DNA of 64,000 bases. Source: an uncultured Spirochaetota bacterium. GTDB lineage: Bacteria; Spirochaetota; Spirochaetia; SZUA-6; DRHE01. Position numbers and translations under genes: made by a program. The stretch spans positions 29,956-93,955 of the forward strand of contig CAVUYS010000007.1 in the NCBI GenBank assembly GCA_963745745.1. Direction: 5' to 3'. Numbering within the stretch: position 1 is the stretch's first letter; every line of letters begins with the position of its first letter. The notes beneath the pieces were generated by a model that saw nothing but the letters and a program-made list of their open reading frames with translations, did no database searches and had not been told where the DNA came from. Shown one piece after another: positions 1 to 8,488 of this stretch.

Positions 1-2248
1 GCGGCTCTCCAGCTCCGCCTGGAAGGAGCCGATCCGCTCCTCCATGCCGACGCTGCGCTGGCGCAGGTCCTTGAAGAAGTCGTCCTCGAAGACCTGCAGC
101 TGGCCGGCGACGTTCTCGTAGGCCTTGGACTTCAGCTCCGCCAGGCTCGCTCCCAGCTCCTCCACCCCCGCCTGCAGGGAGGCGAACTCGGCCTGGGCCC
201 GCTCGGGCCTCCGCGCGGCGCTCCTCGGCCAGCTTCTGGGAGTGGGCGGACAGCTCCTGGCGCACCCTCTGGGCGGCGGCCTCCATGGCGCCGCGCAGGT
301 TGGCCTCCAGGGCCTCGATGTCCGGCCCGGCCCCTTCCAGCTTCTGGAAGCGGTACTCCATCTCGCGCTCGTAGCTCTCCATGCTGCTCTCCACGCGCTT
401 GAGCACCGCCGCCTGCACCTCCGCCGCGGCCGCCTCCACCTTGTGGGCCGCGTCGTTCTTCAGCCGCTCCAGCTCCTGGACCCACTGCTTGTGGCCGGCC
501 AGCCGTTCCCCGGCCTCGGCGGCGGCCTCGGCCATCGCCTTCTTGATCTCGGAGGTGCGCCCCGCGGTCTCCGCGGCCGCTTGGGCCAGGACACGCTGCA
601 GGCGCTGGCCGGCTTCCGCCGCGGCGCCGTCCAGCTCCCGACGCAGCTTCTCGCCCCGCCCCTGCGCTTCGGAGGCGATGCCGGCCAGGGTTTCCTGGAA
701 CTGGGCGCCCCGCCCCTCGGCATCGGCCAGCATCTGGCTCAACTCGCGCTGCAGGGACTGGGCCGCCTGGGCGGCCGCGGCGGCGAGGTCGCCGGCCTGC
801 TTCCTGCCGCGCGCCTCCGCGGCGGCGCTCTCCCGGGCCAGGACCTCCTGCACCTCGGCCTCGAACTTCTTGCCCCGGGTCTGCAGCGCGGCGGCCTCGC
901 GCGCCAGCGTCTGACGCAGCTCGCCCGCGCGGCCCTCGATCTCCGCGCCGGCCTGGGCCAGAGATTCCTTCATTTTGCCAGCCCGGGCCTCCGCCTCGGC
1001 CGCGGCCTGGGCCAGCGCCTCCCTGTGCCTGCCCGCCCGGGCTTCCTGCTCGGCGCCGGTCTGGACCAGGGCCTCCTTCATCCTGCCTGCCCGGGCCTCC
1101 GCGTCAGCCGCGGCCTGGGCCAGGATTTCCTTCATCTTGCCCGTGCGGGCATCCATGACCGCGCCGGCCTGGGCCAGGGCTTCCTTCATCTTGCCGGTGC
1201 GGGCCTCCGCCTCGGCCGCGGTCGCGCTCAACTCGCGGGTCAGGGCTTCCTTGATCTTGCCCGCCCGGACCTCCGTCTCGCCCGCGGCTGCGGCCAGCTC
1301 GCGGGCCAGGGCTTCCTTGATCTTGCCCGCCCGGGCTTCGGTCTCGGCCGCGGCTACGGCCAGCTCGCGGGCCAGGCGCTGGGCGGCCTCCCCGGCCGCT
1401 CCGCCCAGTTCCGCCTTGAGCTGCTTGCCCCGGGCCTGGGCTTCGGTGGCTGCCGCGGTCAGGGCGGACTTGAATTGCGCCCCGCGGGCCTCCGCCTCGA
1501 CCAGCAGCTTGCCCAGCGCGGCCTGGAAATGATCCAACTGGGAATCCTGCCGTCCCCGGGCGTCCCGCTCCACCGCCTCCATCCCCTTGGCCAGGGAGGC
1601 CAGGCGCTCCTGCTCCATGGCCTCGGCCCTGGCTTCCAGGCGCGTGAGGTAGGTCCCGAAGTCCATCACCCGCTTCTCGGAAAGCTGGACGGAAGCGCCC
1701 AATTCGTTCACCTGGGCGGTGACCGCGCCGCAGAACTCGGCGCGCAGGGCCTCCAGGCCCTGGCGGTTGGTCTCCGCGAGGCGGCCCTGCACCCCCTCGG
1801 CCTCCTCCTCCAGGCGGGCCAGGCGGGCGGATGCCTCGCCGAGGCGCTTGCCCACCTTGTCCACGAAAAGGGACTCGGCCTGGATGCGCTTCAGGTTCTC
1901 GTCCACCCGGCCGGTCATGTCCGCCAGCTCCGCCAGGCTCTTGTCGTAGCCGTCCAGGCGGGCGCGGATCTCCTCCGCCCCCCCGGCTTTCGCCTGCAGG
2001 TTTTCCTCCACCTCGCGGACGCGCTTGAGAACCTCCTTGCCGGTTTTGAGGTTGACGCCCAGCTCGATCGAGAGGTTCTTCAGCTCGGCGGTCTTTTCCT
2101 CGACCACGGCGGCCAGGCTGTCGCGCACCTTGTCGGAGAAGCGTTTTACTTTTTCCAGGGACCGATTGTTGCGGTCCAGGGCCCGGAAGATAATGAGAAT
2201 GGTGAATACAAAGAAAATAGTTAAGAGGTTTCCCAGTGAGAAAATCAT
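1..2248 (-). CDS. membrane-anchored coiled-coil repeat protein; 3' end lies beyond the window; one apparent +1 frame break near 203-209
   Basis: Absent from the ORF track because no stop lies inside the window. ATG at 2248 with GGGAGGGGAG just upstream. Hand translation MIFSLGNLLTIFFVFTILIIFRALDRNNRSLEKVKRFSDKVRDSLAAVVEEKTAELKNL... gives one N-terminal TM helix, then A/E/R/K/L-rich helical sequence to the window edge. The sense frame changes at the GGG run 205-207, after which ...ERAQAEFASLQAGVEELGASLAELKSKAYENVAGQLQVFEDDFFKDLRQRSVGMEERIGSFQAELESR continues. Confidence 0.75.
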   Translation of the reverse strand, partial: MIFSLGNLLTIFFVFTILIIFRALDRNNRSLEKVKRFSDKVRDSLAAVVEEKTAELKNLSIELGVNLKTGKEVLKRVREVEENLQAKAGGAEEIRARLDGYDKSLAELADMTGRVDENLKRIQAESLFVDKVGKRLGEASARLARLEEEAEGVQGRLAETNRQGLEALRAEFCGAVTAQVNELGASVQLSEKRVMDFGTYLTRLEARAEAMEQERLASLAKGMEAVERDARGRQDSQLDHFQAALGKLLVEAEARGAQFKSALTAAATEAQARGKQLKAELGGAAGEAAQRLARELAVAAAETEARAGKIKEALARELAAAAGETEVRAGKIKEALTRELSATAAEAEARTGKMKEALAQAGAVMDARTGKMKEILAQAAADAEARAGRMKEALVQTGAEQEARAGRHREALAQAAAEAEARAGKMKESLAQAGAEIEGRAGELRQTLAREAAALQTRGKKFEAEVQEVLARESAAAEARGRKQAGDLAAAAAQAAQSLQRELSQMLADAEGRGAQFQETLAGIASEAQGRGEKLRRELDGAAAEAGQRLQRVLAQAAAETAGRTSEIKKAMAEAAAEAGERLAGHKQWVQELERLKNDAAHKVEAAAAEVQAAVLKRVESSMESYEREMEYRFQKLEGAGPDIEALEANLRGAMEAAAQRVRQELSAHSQKLAEERRAEARAGPGRVRLPAGGGGGAGSEPGGAEVQGLRERRRPAAGLRGRLLQGPAPAQRRHGGADRLLPGGAGEP
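960..1400. repeat. imperfect tandem coding repeats inside the coiled-coil gene (54-bp units, then 66-bp units)
   Basis: The CTTCATCTTGCC / CTTGATCTTGCC-type motif recurs with its TGCC anchor at about 975, 1029, 1083, 1137, 1191 (54-nt spacing), then 1257 and 1323 (66-nt spacing). On the minus strand these are 18- and 22-residue units with core (E)AR(A/T)GK(M/I)KEAL. Confidence 0.8.
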
Positions 2249-2307
2249 CGCTCCCCTCCCCCACGCGATTTCTCAAGCAGGAACCGCGAAAATCCCAGTT
2301 AGATTAT

Positions 2308-2336
2308 ATCTTAACCTTCGCCTACGGGGTTGTCAA
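2308..2336 (-). promoter_or_regulatory. sigma70-like promoter for the coiled-coil gene
   Basis: Minus strand TTGACA (2336-2331), 17 nt, TAAGAT (2313-2308), in an AT-rich island about 60 nt upstream of ATG 2248. The -35 hexamer contains the TGA stop of the upstream gene. Confidence 0.55.
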
Positions 2337-3541
2337 CGCGTAATCTGCGCTTGGACCCTTGGTGACGACCACCGCCCGCCGGAGGAGAGGCGCTGGAGAT
2401 GCACGAAGTGCCCGGCGAAGCGGCGGGTCAGGTCTCCCAGCGAGCTCTCCCGGGTCAGGTCGAAGACGGCCGCCCGGAACTCCCCTCCCGCGGTGAAGTA
2501 AGGGAAGAACACCGCCAGGTGGTAGTGCTGCCGGAGCACGGGCTGTCCCGGCAGCCCGGCTATCTCGCGGTTCAGCGAGCCCAGGTAGAAGCCGCCCGGC
2601 TCCCGGAGGGCGGCCAGGAACAGGGCCAGTTTCAGCTCCTCCACCGGGTAGCCCACGTCCTCGCGGTACTCCAGGAACTCCAGGTGCCGCACGTCGCTGG
2701 ACTCCGGTCCGCCGGAGGCCTCCCCGTTCACCCGGGCCAGGGCCGAGGCCAGGTTGCGCGCCCAGTCCAGCCCGAAGTAGGGATCGCGGGCCTGCTCGTA
2801 GCCCTGGCTCCAGCGATTGCCGCGCAATTCCAGGTGCCTCTGCTTGAGCTCCTCCACGCCCAGGGAACGTCCCTCGGACAACGGCGCATAGAAGCCGTCC
2901 ACCACCCATTTGACGAATCCCGAGCAGTTCAGGCCCCCGGGGGGCCCCTGCCGGCTCCCGTCGGCAATCCGCACGTAGCGCCCCTCCTGGTCCAGGGCTC
3001 CGTCATCGGCCTCCCGCAGGCCGCCCAGGGCCGAGCGGATCCCGCGGATGACCTCCTCCTGGTGGCGGTCGGCCTGCGCCTCCCCGCGCCGCAGCAGCAG
3101 GTCCCAGCGCACCACGGCGCGGGTCAGCTCCACCACCCGGGAAAAGGGGGCGGTCAGCAGCGCGGTGAAGGTCACCGGGATCTGGGCGCGGCGGACCACC
3201 GGGACCTCGAACAGGAAGACCTCCATCTGGGTTCTGGACCCCGCGGGGAAAAGGCGCACGAAGCAGCCCGGGTCGGCGCGGAAAAACACCTTGGCCTGCA
3301 CGAACCCGCCGTCCTCGGTGCTGCGCTTGATGACCCAGCTGCCGCTGGAGTCGATGGGAAAAGCCGCGCCCTGCTGGTTCAGGAACAGGGTATACAGGGC
3401 CTGCCCGGAGCGCTCGGTGCGGAACTGCACGCGGCTGCCGTCGGCCTGGTCGATCACGGCCGCCGGCGCCGCCGCGTTCTCCCGCAGGCTGCCCAGGACC
3501 ACCTCCCGGTAGCGGTCGCGGGCTTCCAGGTTCTCCGGCAC
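2333..3541 (-). CDS. hypothetical exported protein with NlpC/P60-like Cys motif (N-terminus probably extends to 3623)
   Basis: ORF 2333..3541 (402 aa). GGLNCSGFVKWVVDGFY (Cys codon 2924-2926) resembles the catalytic-Cys motif of papain-fold NlpC/P60 hydrolases. In-frame codons upstream of the GTG read VRSSLPALLAALLLAPLPGLPAQ (signal-peptide-like). They join ATG 3623 (MRIP...) only if one base of the run at 3612-3614 is removed. Confidence 0.6.
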   Translation of the reverse strand: MPENLEARDRYREVVLGSLRENAAAPAAVIDQADGSRVQFRTERSGQALYTLFLNQQGAAFPIDSSGSWVIKRSTEDGGFVQAKVFFRADPGCFVRLFPAGSRTQMEVFLFEVPVVRRAQIPVTFTALLTAPFSRVVELTRAVVRWDLLLRRGEAQADRHQEEVIRGIRSALGGLREADDGALDQEGRYVRIADGSRQGPPGGLNCSGFVKWVVDGFYAPLSEGRSLGVEELKQRHLELRGNRWSQGYEQARDPYFGLDWARNLASALARVNGEASGGPESSDVRHLEFLEYREDVGYPVEELKLALFLAALREPGGFYLGSLNREIAGLPGQPVLRQHYHLAVFFPYFTAGGEFRAAVFDLTRESSLGDLTRRFAGHFVHLQRLSSGGRWSSPRVQAQITR

Positions 3542-4971
3542 CTGGGCCGGGAGCCCTGGCAGGGGGGCCAGCAGCAGCGCGGCCAGCAGGGCCGGGAGGC
3601 TAGAGCGAACAGGGTATCCTCATCGATTCTATTAACGGTATTGCCGAGGCGCTCCTGCAGTGTTTGCGGGTCGGCGGCGAACAGGGGGCTGATCTCCACC
3701 CGGTACCTGGGCCGCCCGCCTTCCCGGGGCACCTGGACGCCGCAGGCCTCCAGCCAGCGGGAATGCTGGTCGATCATCCCGGCGGTGCAGGTGGCGATGG
3801 AATCGGGGCCCGCGGCGTTCTTCAGGGGGGCGAACTCCTCCTCCCGCGAGGTCTGCAGGAACTGCGGCGAGGCGGCCAGCGGGACGGCGTCGAAGATGAA
3901 GCTCTCGAACTTCACCGCCTCCCGCTCCTCCAGGCCACCGGTGCGGGGCACCAGGCAGCGCACGCGCTTGCGGGCCAGGTGCAGCGGCAGGGGCAGCGCC
4001 AGGCTGGCGGCAAAAGAGGTGTTCAACAGATGGATGGCAATGGAGCCGTACGGGAAAAGCAGGCCGCCGTCCGCGGCCCGGGCCCGCATGCCCTCGGGGT
4101 CCAGGTCGGAGTACTCGATGATCCCGGGACGGCCTTCTGACAGCACGGGCACCCCCAGCCTCTCCTCGGGATGGCTCTTGGCCAGGACCTTGCTGGACAG
4201 CTGCGAGCCGGCCAGGCGGTGCCAGCCCGCGAAATGGGGGTCCGGCAGGCGCACCAGCGGATTGTCGACCTGGAAGTAGAACAGCTCCTCCGCGCCCGCC
4301 TCCAGCAGGCGCTCAGCCAGCCCCTCGTCGCGGAGGGCCTGCAGGATGCCCCCGTGGCCGGTGGGGTTGCAGGCCAGGCCCCCATCCGGGGACAGCAGCA
4401 GCCGGCCCTCCGGGGTGAGGCTGGGCAGCAGCCCCTGCCGGAACAGGGTCACCTCCTCCTCGGGCAGGCCGAAGAAATCCCTTTCCCGGAAGAACTCCAG
4501 GGTCGAACCGTGATTGAGGGGGCTGGTCATGATGCACCAGCGCATGGGCATCCCGTAGCGCCGCCGCGCCGCCAGGATCTTCTCCGCGAAGATCTGGAAC
4601 AGCGGCGCCTTGCGGATGGGGGAGATCGGGAAGCAGCCCTTGGGGCCCTCCCAGCCCAGGCGCGTGCCCTGGCCGCCGGCCACGGTCAGGAAGGCGGTCC
4701 GCCCCGCGGCGAGGAGCTCCTCGCCGGCTTGAGCCGCTTCCCGGCTGCCGCGCCACTGTTCCAGGGCGACCGCCGGCAGCGGAGCGATCCGCCGGGCGGC
4801 GGGCGCGGGCCGGCCCGCCGAAAGGATTTCCCGCAGCCGCGCCAGCAGCCCGGGCTCCAGGCTGCTCAGGTCGGCGAGCAGGCGCCGACGGGCCTCCGGC
4901 GGCCGGTCCGCCCAGCGCTCGAACAGCTCGACCTCGGCGCCCCACCGCTCCAGGAGCTCCGCGGTCCTCAT
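3454..4971 (-). CDS. UDP-sugar / UDP-N-acetylglucosamine pyrophosphorylase family (UDPGP/UAP1-type) nucleotidyltransferase
   Basis: 505-aa ORF with LTVAGGQGTRLG, IMTSPLNH, YFQVDNPL, IIEYSDL. The last ~48 aa (ASRPCWPRCCW...) look non-coding. A TAG at 3600-3602 becomes the stop if the 1-nt run at 3612-3614 is corrected. Confidence 0.8.
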   Translation of the reverse strand: MRTAELLERWGAEVELFERWADRPPEARRRLLADLSSLEPGLLARLREILSAGRPAPAARRIAPLPAVALEQWRGSREAAQAGEELLAAGRTAFLTVAGGQGTRLGWEGPKGCFPISPIRKAPLFQIFAEKILAARRRYGMPMRWCIMTSPLNHGSTLEFFRERDFFGLPEEEVTLFRQGLLPSLTPEGRLLLSPDGGLACNPTGHGGILQALRDEGLAERLLEAGAEELFYFQVDNPLVRLPDPHFAGWHRLAGSQLSSKVLAKSHPEERLGVPVLSEGRPGIIEYSDLDPEGMRARAADGGLLFPYGSIAIHLLNTSFAASLALPLPLHLARKRVRCLVPRTGGLEEREAVKFESFIFDAVPLAASPQFLQTSREEEFAPLKNAAGPDSIATCTAGMIDQHSRWLEACGVQVPREGGRPRYRVEISPLFAADPQTLQERLGNTVNRIDEDTLFALASRPCWPRCCWPPCQGSRPRCRRTWKPATATGRWSWAACGRTRRRRRP

Positions 4972-5288
4972 GGCGGCCGCCCCTTGGCCAGGGACCAGAC
5001 GGCCAGCAGCTCCCGGCGCACCGCCGCGATGCGGGCGGCGGGGGATTGGTCCGGGGGATTCAGGTCCAGCCAGATCCGCTCGCGCGCCCCTTCGATGGTG
5101 TAGCGGTCCTCGTGCAGCAGCCGCTTCAGGCGCAGGAGCAGCGCCACCTCCCGCTCGGTATAGACCCGGCGGCCCGCCAAATCCTTGCGCGGGGCCACCA
5201 GCGGGATCTCCGCTTCCCAGTACCGCAGCACGTGGGTCTTCACGCCCAAGAGGTCGGCGATCTGTCCTATGGAATAATGCCTGCCCAT
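4968..5288 (-). CDS. MerR-family transcriptional regulator
   Basis: HYSIGQIADLLGVKTHVLRYWEAEI is a MerR-type N-terminal HTH. ATG at 5288 (MGRHYSIG) is preferred over the GTG at 5309 used by the track. Confidence 0.8.
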   Translation of the reverse strand: MGRHYSIGQIADLLGVKTHVLRYWEAEIPLVAPRKDLAGRRVYTEREVALLLRLKRLLHEDRYTIEGARERIWLDLNPPDQSPAARIAAVRRELLAVWSLAKGRPP

Positions 5289-5313
5289 GCTCCGCGCCCC
5301 GGCCCGCACTCTT

Positions 5314-6709
5314 TCAGGATTCGCGCAGGTTGATGTCCACCGGCACCCGGTCGAAGCCCAGGTCCGCGCGGATGCGGTTCTTCAGGTACTGCAGGTACCG
5401 CTGCGGAAACTGGCGCAGGGAGTTGACGAAAAACAGGAAACGCACGGGATTGGCCCCGGTCTGGGTGACGTAGCGGATCTTCACGTTCTTGCCCCGCACC
5501 GGCAGCGCGTACTCCGCCACCCAGCGCTTCACCGCCAGGTTCAGCTTGCCGGTGGGCACCTGGTGGTTGAGCTGCCGGCCCACCTCCAGGACCTCGGCCA
5601 GCAGGCGGTCCACCCCGGTGCCCCGGGAGGCGGAAAGGGCCACCAGGGGGGCGAAATCCATCATGGGGAAGTCGAAACGCACCCTCTCCTCGATGCCCCG
5701 CAATTCGCCCTTCGACCTGGCCAGCAGGTCCACCTTGTTCAGGGCCAGGATCACCCCCCGCCCGGCGCGTACGGCCAGCGAGGCGATCTTCTTGTCCTGG
5801 TCGGAGACCCCTTCCCGCACGTCCATCAGCAGCACCACCAGATCCGCCTCCTCGATGCTCTGGATGGCCCGGTTGACCGAGTAGTATTCCACCGGCTCCG
5901 ACACGCGGCTCTTGCGGCGGATGCCCGCCGTGTCCAGCACCTTCAAGGTGCGGCCCTGGTAGCGCATGGTCCCCCCGATCGGGTCCCGGGTTGTGCCGGG
6001 TGATTCCGACACCAGCGCCCGCTCCTCGCCCAGCAGGCGGTTGAGCAGCGTGGACTTGCCGGTGTTGGGCTTGCCGATGATCGCCAGGCGCAGCTCCGCT
6101 CCGGCTGGCTTGCCTTCCGGTCGGCTGCGCTTCGGCCGCTTCCGGCTCGGCCGCTTCCGGCTTGACCGCTCCAGCGCCGCCCTCGGCTTCCAGGGCCCCA
6201 CGGATCATCCGCTTCAGCTCGGCGATGCCCCTGCCGTGGGCGGCGGAAACGGCCGCCAGGCGGCGGAAGCCCAGGGCCTGGAATTCCCCCAGCTCCAGCT
6301 CCTGTTTGGGCCCGTCCACCTTGTTGACCACCAGCACCACCTTGTCCGGGAAGCCCGGCAGGCGGCGCAGGCGCTCGAACAGGGACTGGTCCTCGCGGGT
6401 CAGGCCGGCGGCCTCCACCAGCGCCAGGGTCAGGTCGCAGGAGCCGGCGATGGCCAGGCTGCGGCGCGACACTTCGCGCTCCAGCTCTCCGCGCCCCAGG
6501 GTGTAGCCGCCGGTGTCCAGCAGGCGCACCCGCGGGCCGCCGAGGTCCAGCTCCCCCTCCAGCACGTCGCGGGTCACCCCCGGGGTCGGGTCGGTGATCG
6601 CCCGCTGGCGCCCCACCAGGCGGTTGAAAAGGGTGGACTTGCCTACATTGGGCCGTCCCAGCACGGCCACGGTGAAGGTCCCCGTGTCAGTTGGCGCCGA
6701 TGAACTCAA
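5314..6709 (-). pseudogene. der: ribosome-associated GTPase Der/EngA, one frame break near 6105-6125
   Basis: GTPase domain 1 in ORF 5267..6709 (VAVLGRPNVGKSTLFNRL, DTGG, NKVD). GTPase domain 2 plus KH-like tail in ORF 5314..6201 (LAIIGKPNTGKSTLLNRL, DTAG, NKVD). Total length is 3n+1. Confidence 0.9.
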
Positions 6710-8427
6710 AACGCTCCTCCAGCCACTGGCGGACGCGCCGGTCCACCTCGCGCTGGGATTTGAGCTCCAGCACCGAGCCGGCCAGCTCCTCGGCTTCGGC
6801 CAGGGTGACCGAGCGGATGATCCTCTTGATCTCCGGGATGGCGATGGCGCTCATGCTGAAGCCGTCCAGCCCCAGGCCCAGCAGCACCACGGCCGCGTAG
6901 GGATCGGCGGCCATCTCGCCGCACATGCCGACCGGGATGCCGGCGGCGTGGGCGTTGTCGATCACGGTCTTCAGCAGGCGCAGGACCCCTGGGTGGAAGG
7001 GCTCGTAGAGGTAGGCGATGCGCTCGTTCTCCCGGTCCACCGCGATCAGGTACTGGATCAGGTCGTTGGTGCCGATGGAGAAGAAGCTCACCCGCCGGGC
7101 CAGGATGTCCGAGGTGAAGGCCGCCGAGGGGACCTCGATCATGATGCCGACCGGGACCTGCTCGTCGAAGGCCTGCCCTTTGGAGCGCAGCTCCTGCTTG
7201 GCCTGCTCCAGCACTCCCAGCACCGCCTCCAGCTCCTCCACCCCGGAGATCATCGGGAACATCAGCTTCAGGTTGCCGTGCACGGAGGCCCGCAGCAGGG
7301 CGCGCAGCTGGGTCAGGAACACGTCCTGCCTGGACAGGCAGAAGCGCACCGCCCGCCAGCCCAGGATCGGGTTGGACTCTCCCCCGGGGGTCACCCCCGG
7401 GATGATCTTCTCCCCCCCCAGGTCCAGGGTGCGGATGGTGACCGGGCGGGGCTTCATGGCCGAGAGCACCTGGCGGTAGGCCTCCAGCTGCTCCTCCTCG
7501 GAGGGGAAGCGCTTGGGGATGATGTAGAGGAACTCCGAGCGGAACAGCCCCACCCCGTCGGCCCCGTGCGCCAGGGCCGACTCGGTCTCTTCCGGGACCT
7601 CGATGTTGGACTCCAGGGCGATCAACTTGCCGTCCCGGGTCTCGGCCTTCAGCTCGCTCAGGGGCAGCAGCTGCAGCTCGTGGGTCTGCCAGGCTTCCCG
7701 GCTGGCCCGGTACTGCCCCAGGGTGGCCTCGTCGGGGTTGACGATGACCTGCCCGCGCGTGCCGTCCACAGATGAGCAGGTCTCCGGTCAGCACCTCCCC
7801 GGAGAGCTGGGAAAGCCCGAGCACCGCGGGGATGGCGAAGGAGCGGGCCAGGATGGCCACGTGCGAGGTGCGGCCGCCGGAATCCGCGGCCAGGCCCAGC
7901 ACCTTGCGCCGGTCCATGGAGATCAGGTCGGAAGGCAGGAGGGTGTGGGCCACCACGATGCACTCCTCCTCCAACCCGGACAGCGCCGGCCGGCGGGGAC
8001 TGGCCAGCTGGCCCAGGATCCGCTCGGCCACGTCGTGGATGTCGCTGGAGCGCTCCCGCAGGTATTCGTCCCCGCTTTCGGCCAGCCTGGCCGCCAGGGC
8101 GGCCACCACCTGCTGCAGCACCACTTCCGTGTTCTTCTTCCGCTCGGCCAGCCCCTGCTCCACCTGCTCGCTGAACTCCGGGTCGCCCAGCATCAGGATC
8201 TGCGACTCCAGCAGGCGGTCCTCCGGCAGCCCGGGGCCCGTGCGGCCCCGCAGGTCCTCCAGCTCGCGCACGGCCCTTTCCCGCGCCCCGCGGAAGCGGG
8301 CCAGCTCCCGGGGCAGAAGCTCCGCGGGCACCTCATAGGCGGGGAGGTTCCGCCGGACCGTGGTAAAAAGGTACGCCTTGCCGATGGCTATTCCCGGCGA
8401 AACCACGATCCCCTTGAGAAGCTTCAT
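6687..8427 (-). pseudogene. ptsI: phosphoenolpyruvate-protein phosphotransferase (PTS enzyme I), one frame break at about 7768-7775
   Basis: MKLLKGIVVSPGIAIGKAYL...GGRTSHVAILARS in ORF 6706..8511. PEP-utilising barrel (SIGTNDLIQY, GMCGEMA) in ORF 6687..7769. The junction reads ATC[T]GTGGACGGC. Length 3n+1. Confidence 0.9.
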
Positions 8428-8436
8428 AGCGGCTTC

Positions 8437-8465
8437 ACTATATGGGCAATTCAGGGTGCTGTCAA
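8437..8465 (-). promoter_or_regulatory. sigma70-like promoter directly abutting ptsI start (possible leaderless transcript)
   Basis: Minus strand TTGACA (8465-8460), 17 nt, TATAGT (8442-8437). Only 9 nt (GAAGCCGCT, no SD) before ATG 8427. Confidence 0.5.
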
Positions 8466-8488
8466 ATCGTCCGATGATTAGAGCAGGC

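Noticed and set aside
125-2224. 699-aa plus-strand ORF, the longest ORF listed at the left edge
   Set aside because: It is L/G/A/R/Q low-complexity with no start context. It is the antisense of a well-supported minus-strand coiled-coil gene that has an SD, a promoter, a TM helix and heptad-like repeats. GC-rich DNA keeps antisense frames open.
3454-3600. C-terminal 48-residue Cys/Trp/Arg/Pro-rich tail of the pyrophosphorylase ORF as a possible extra domain
   Set aside because: The composition is off-frame junk. The tail overlaps the signal-peptide codons of the next gene and disappears when a single base at 3612-3614 is removed.
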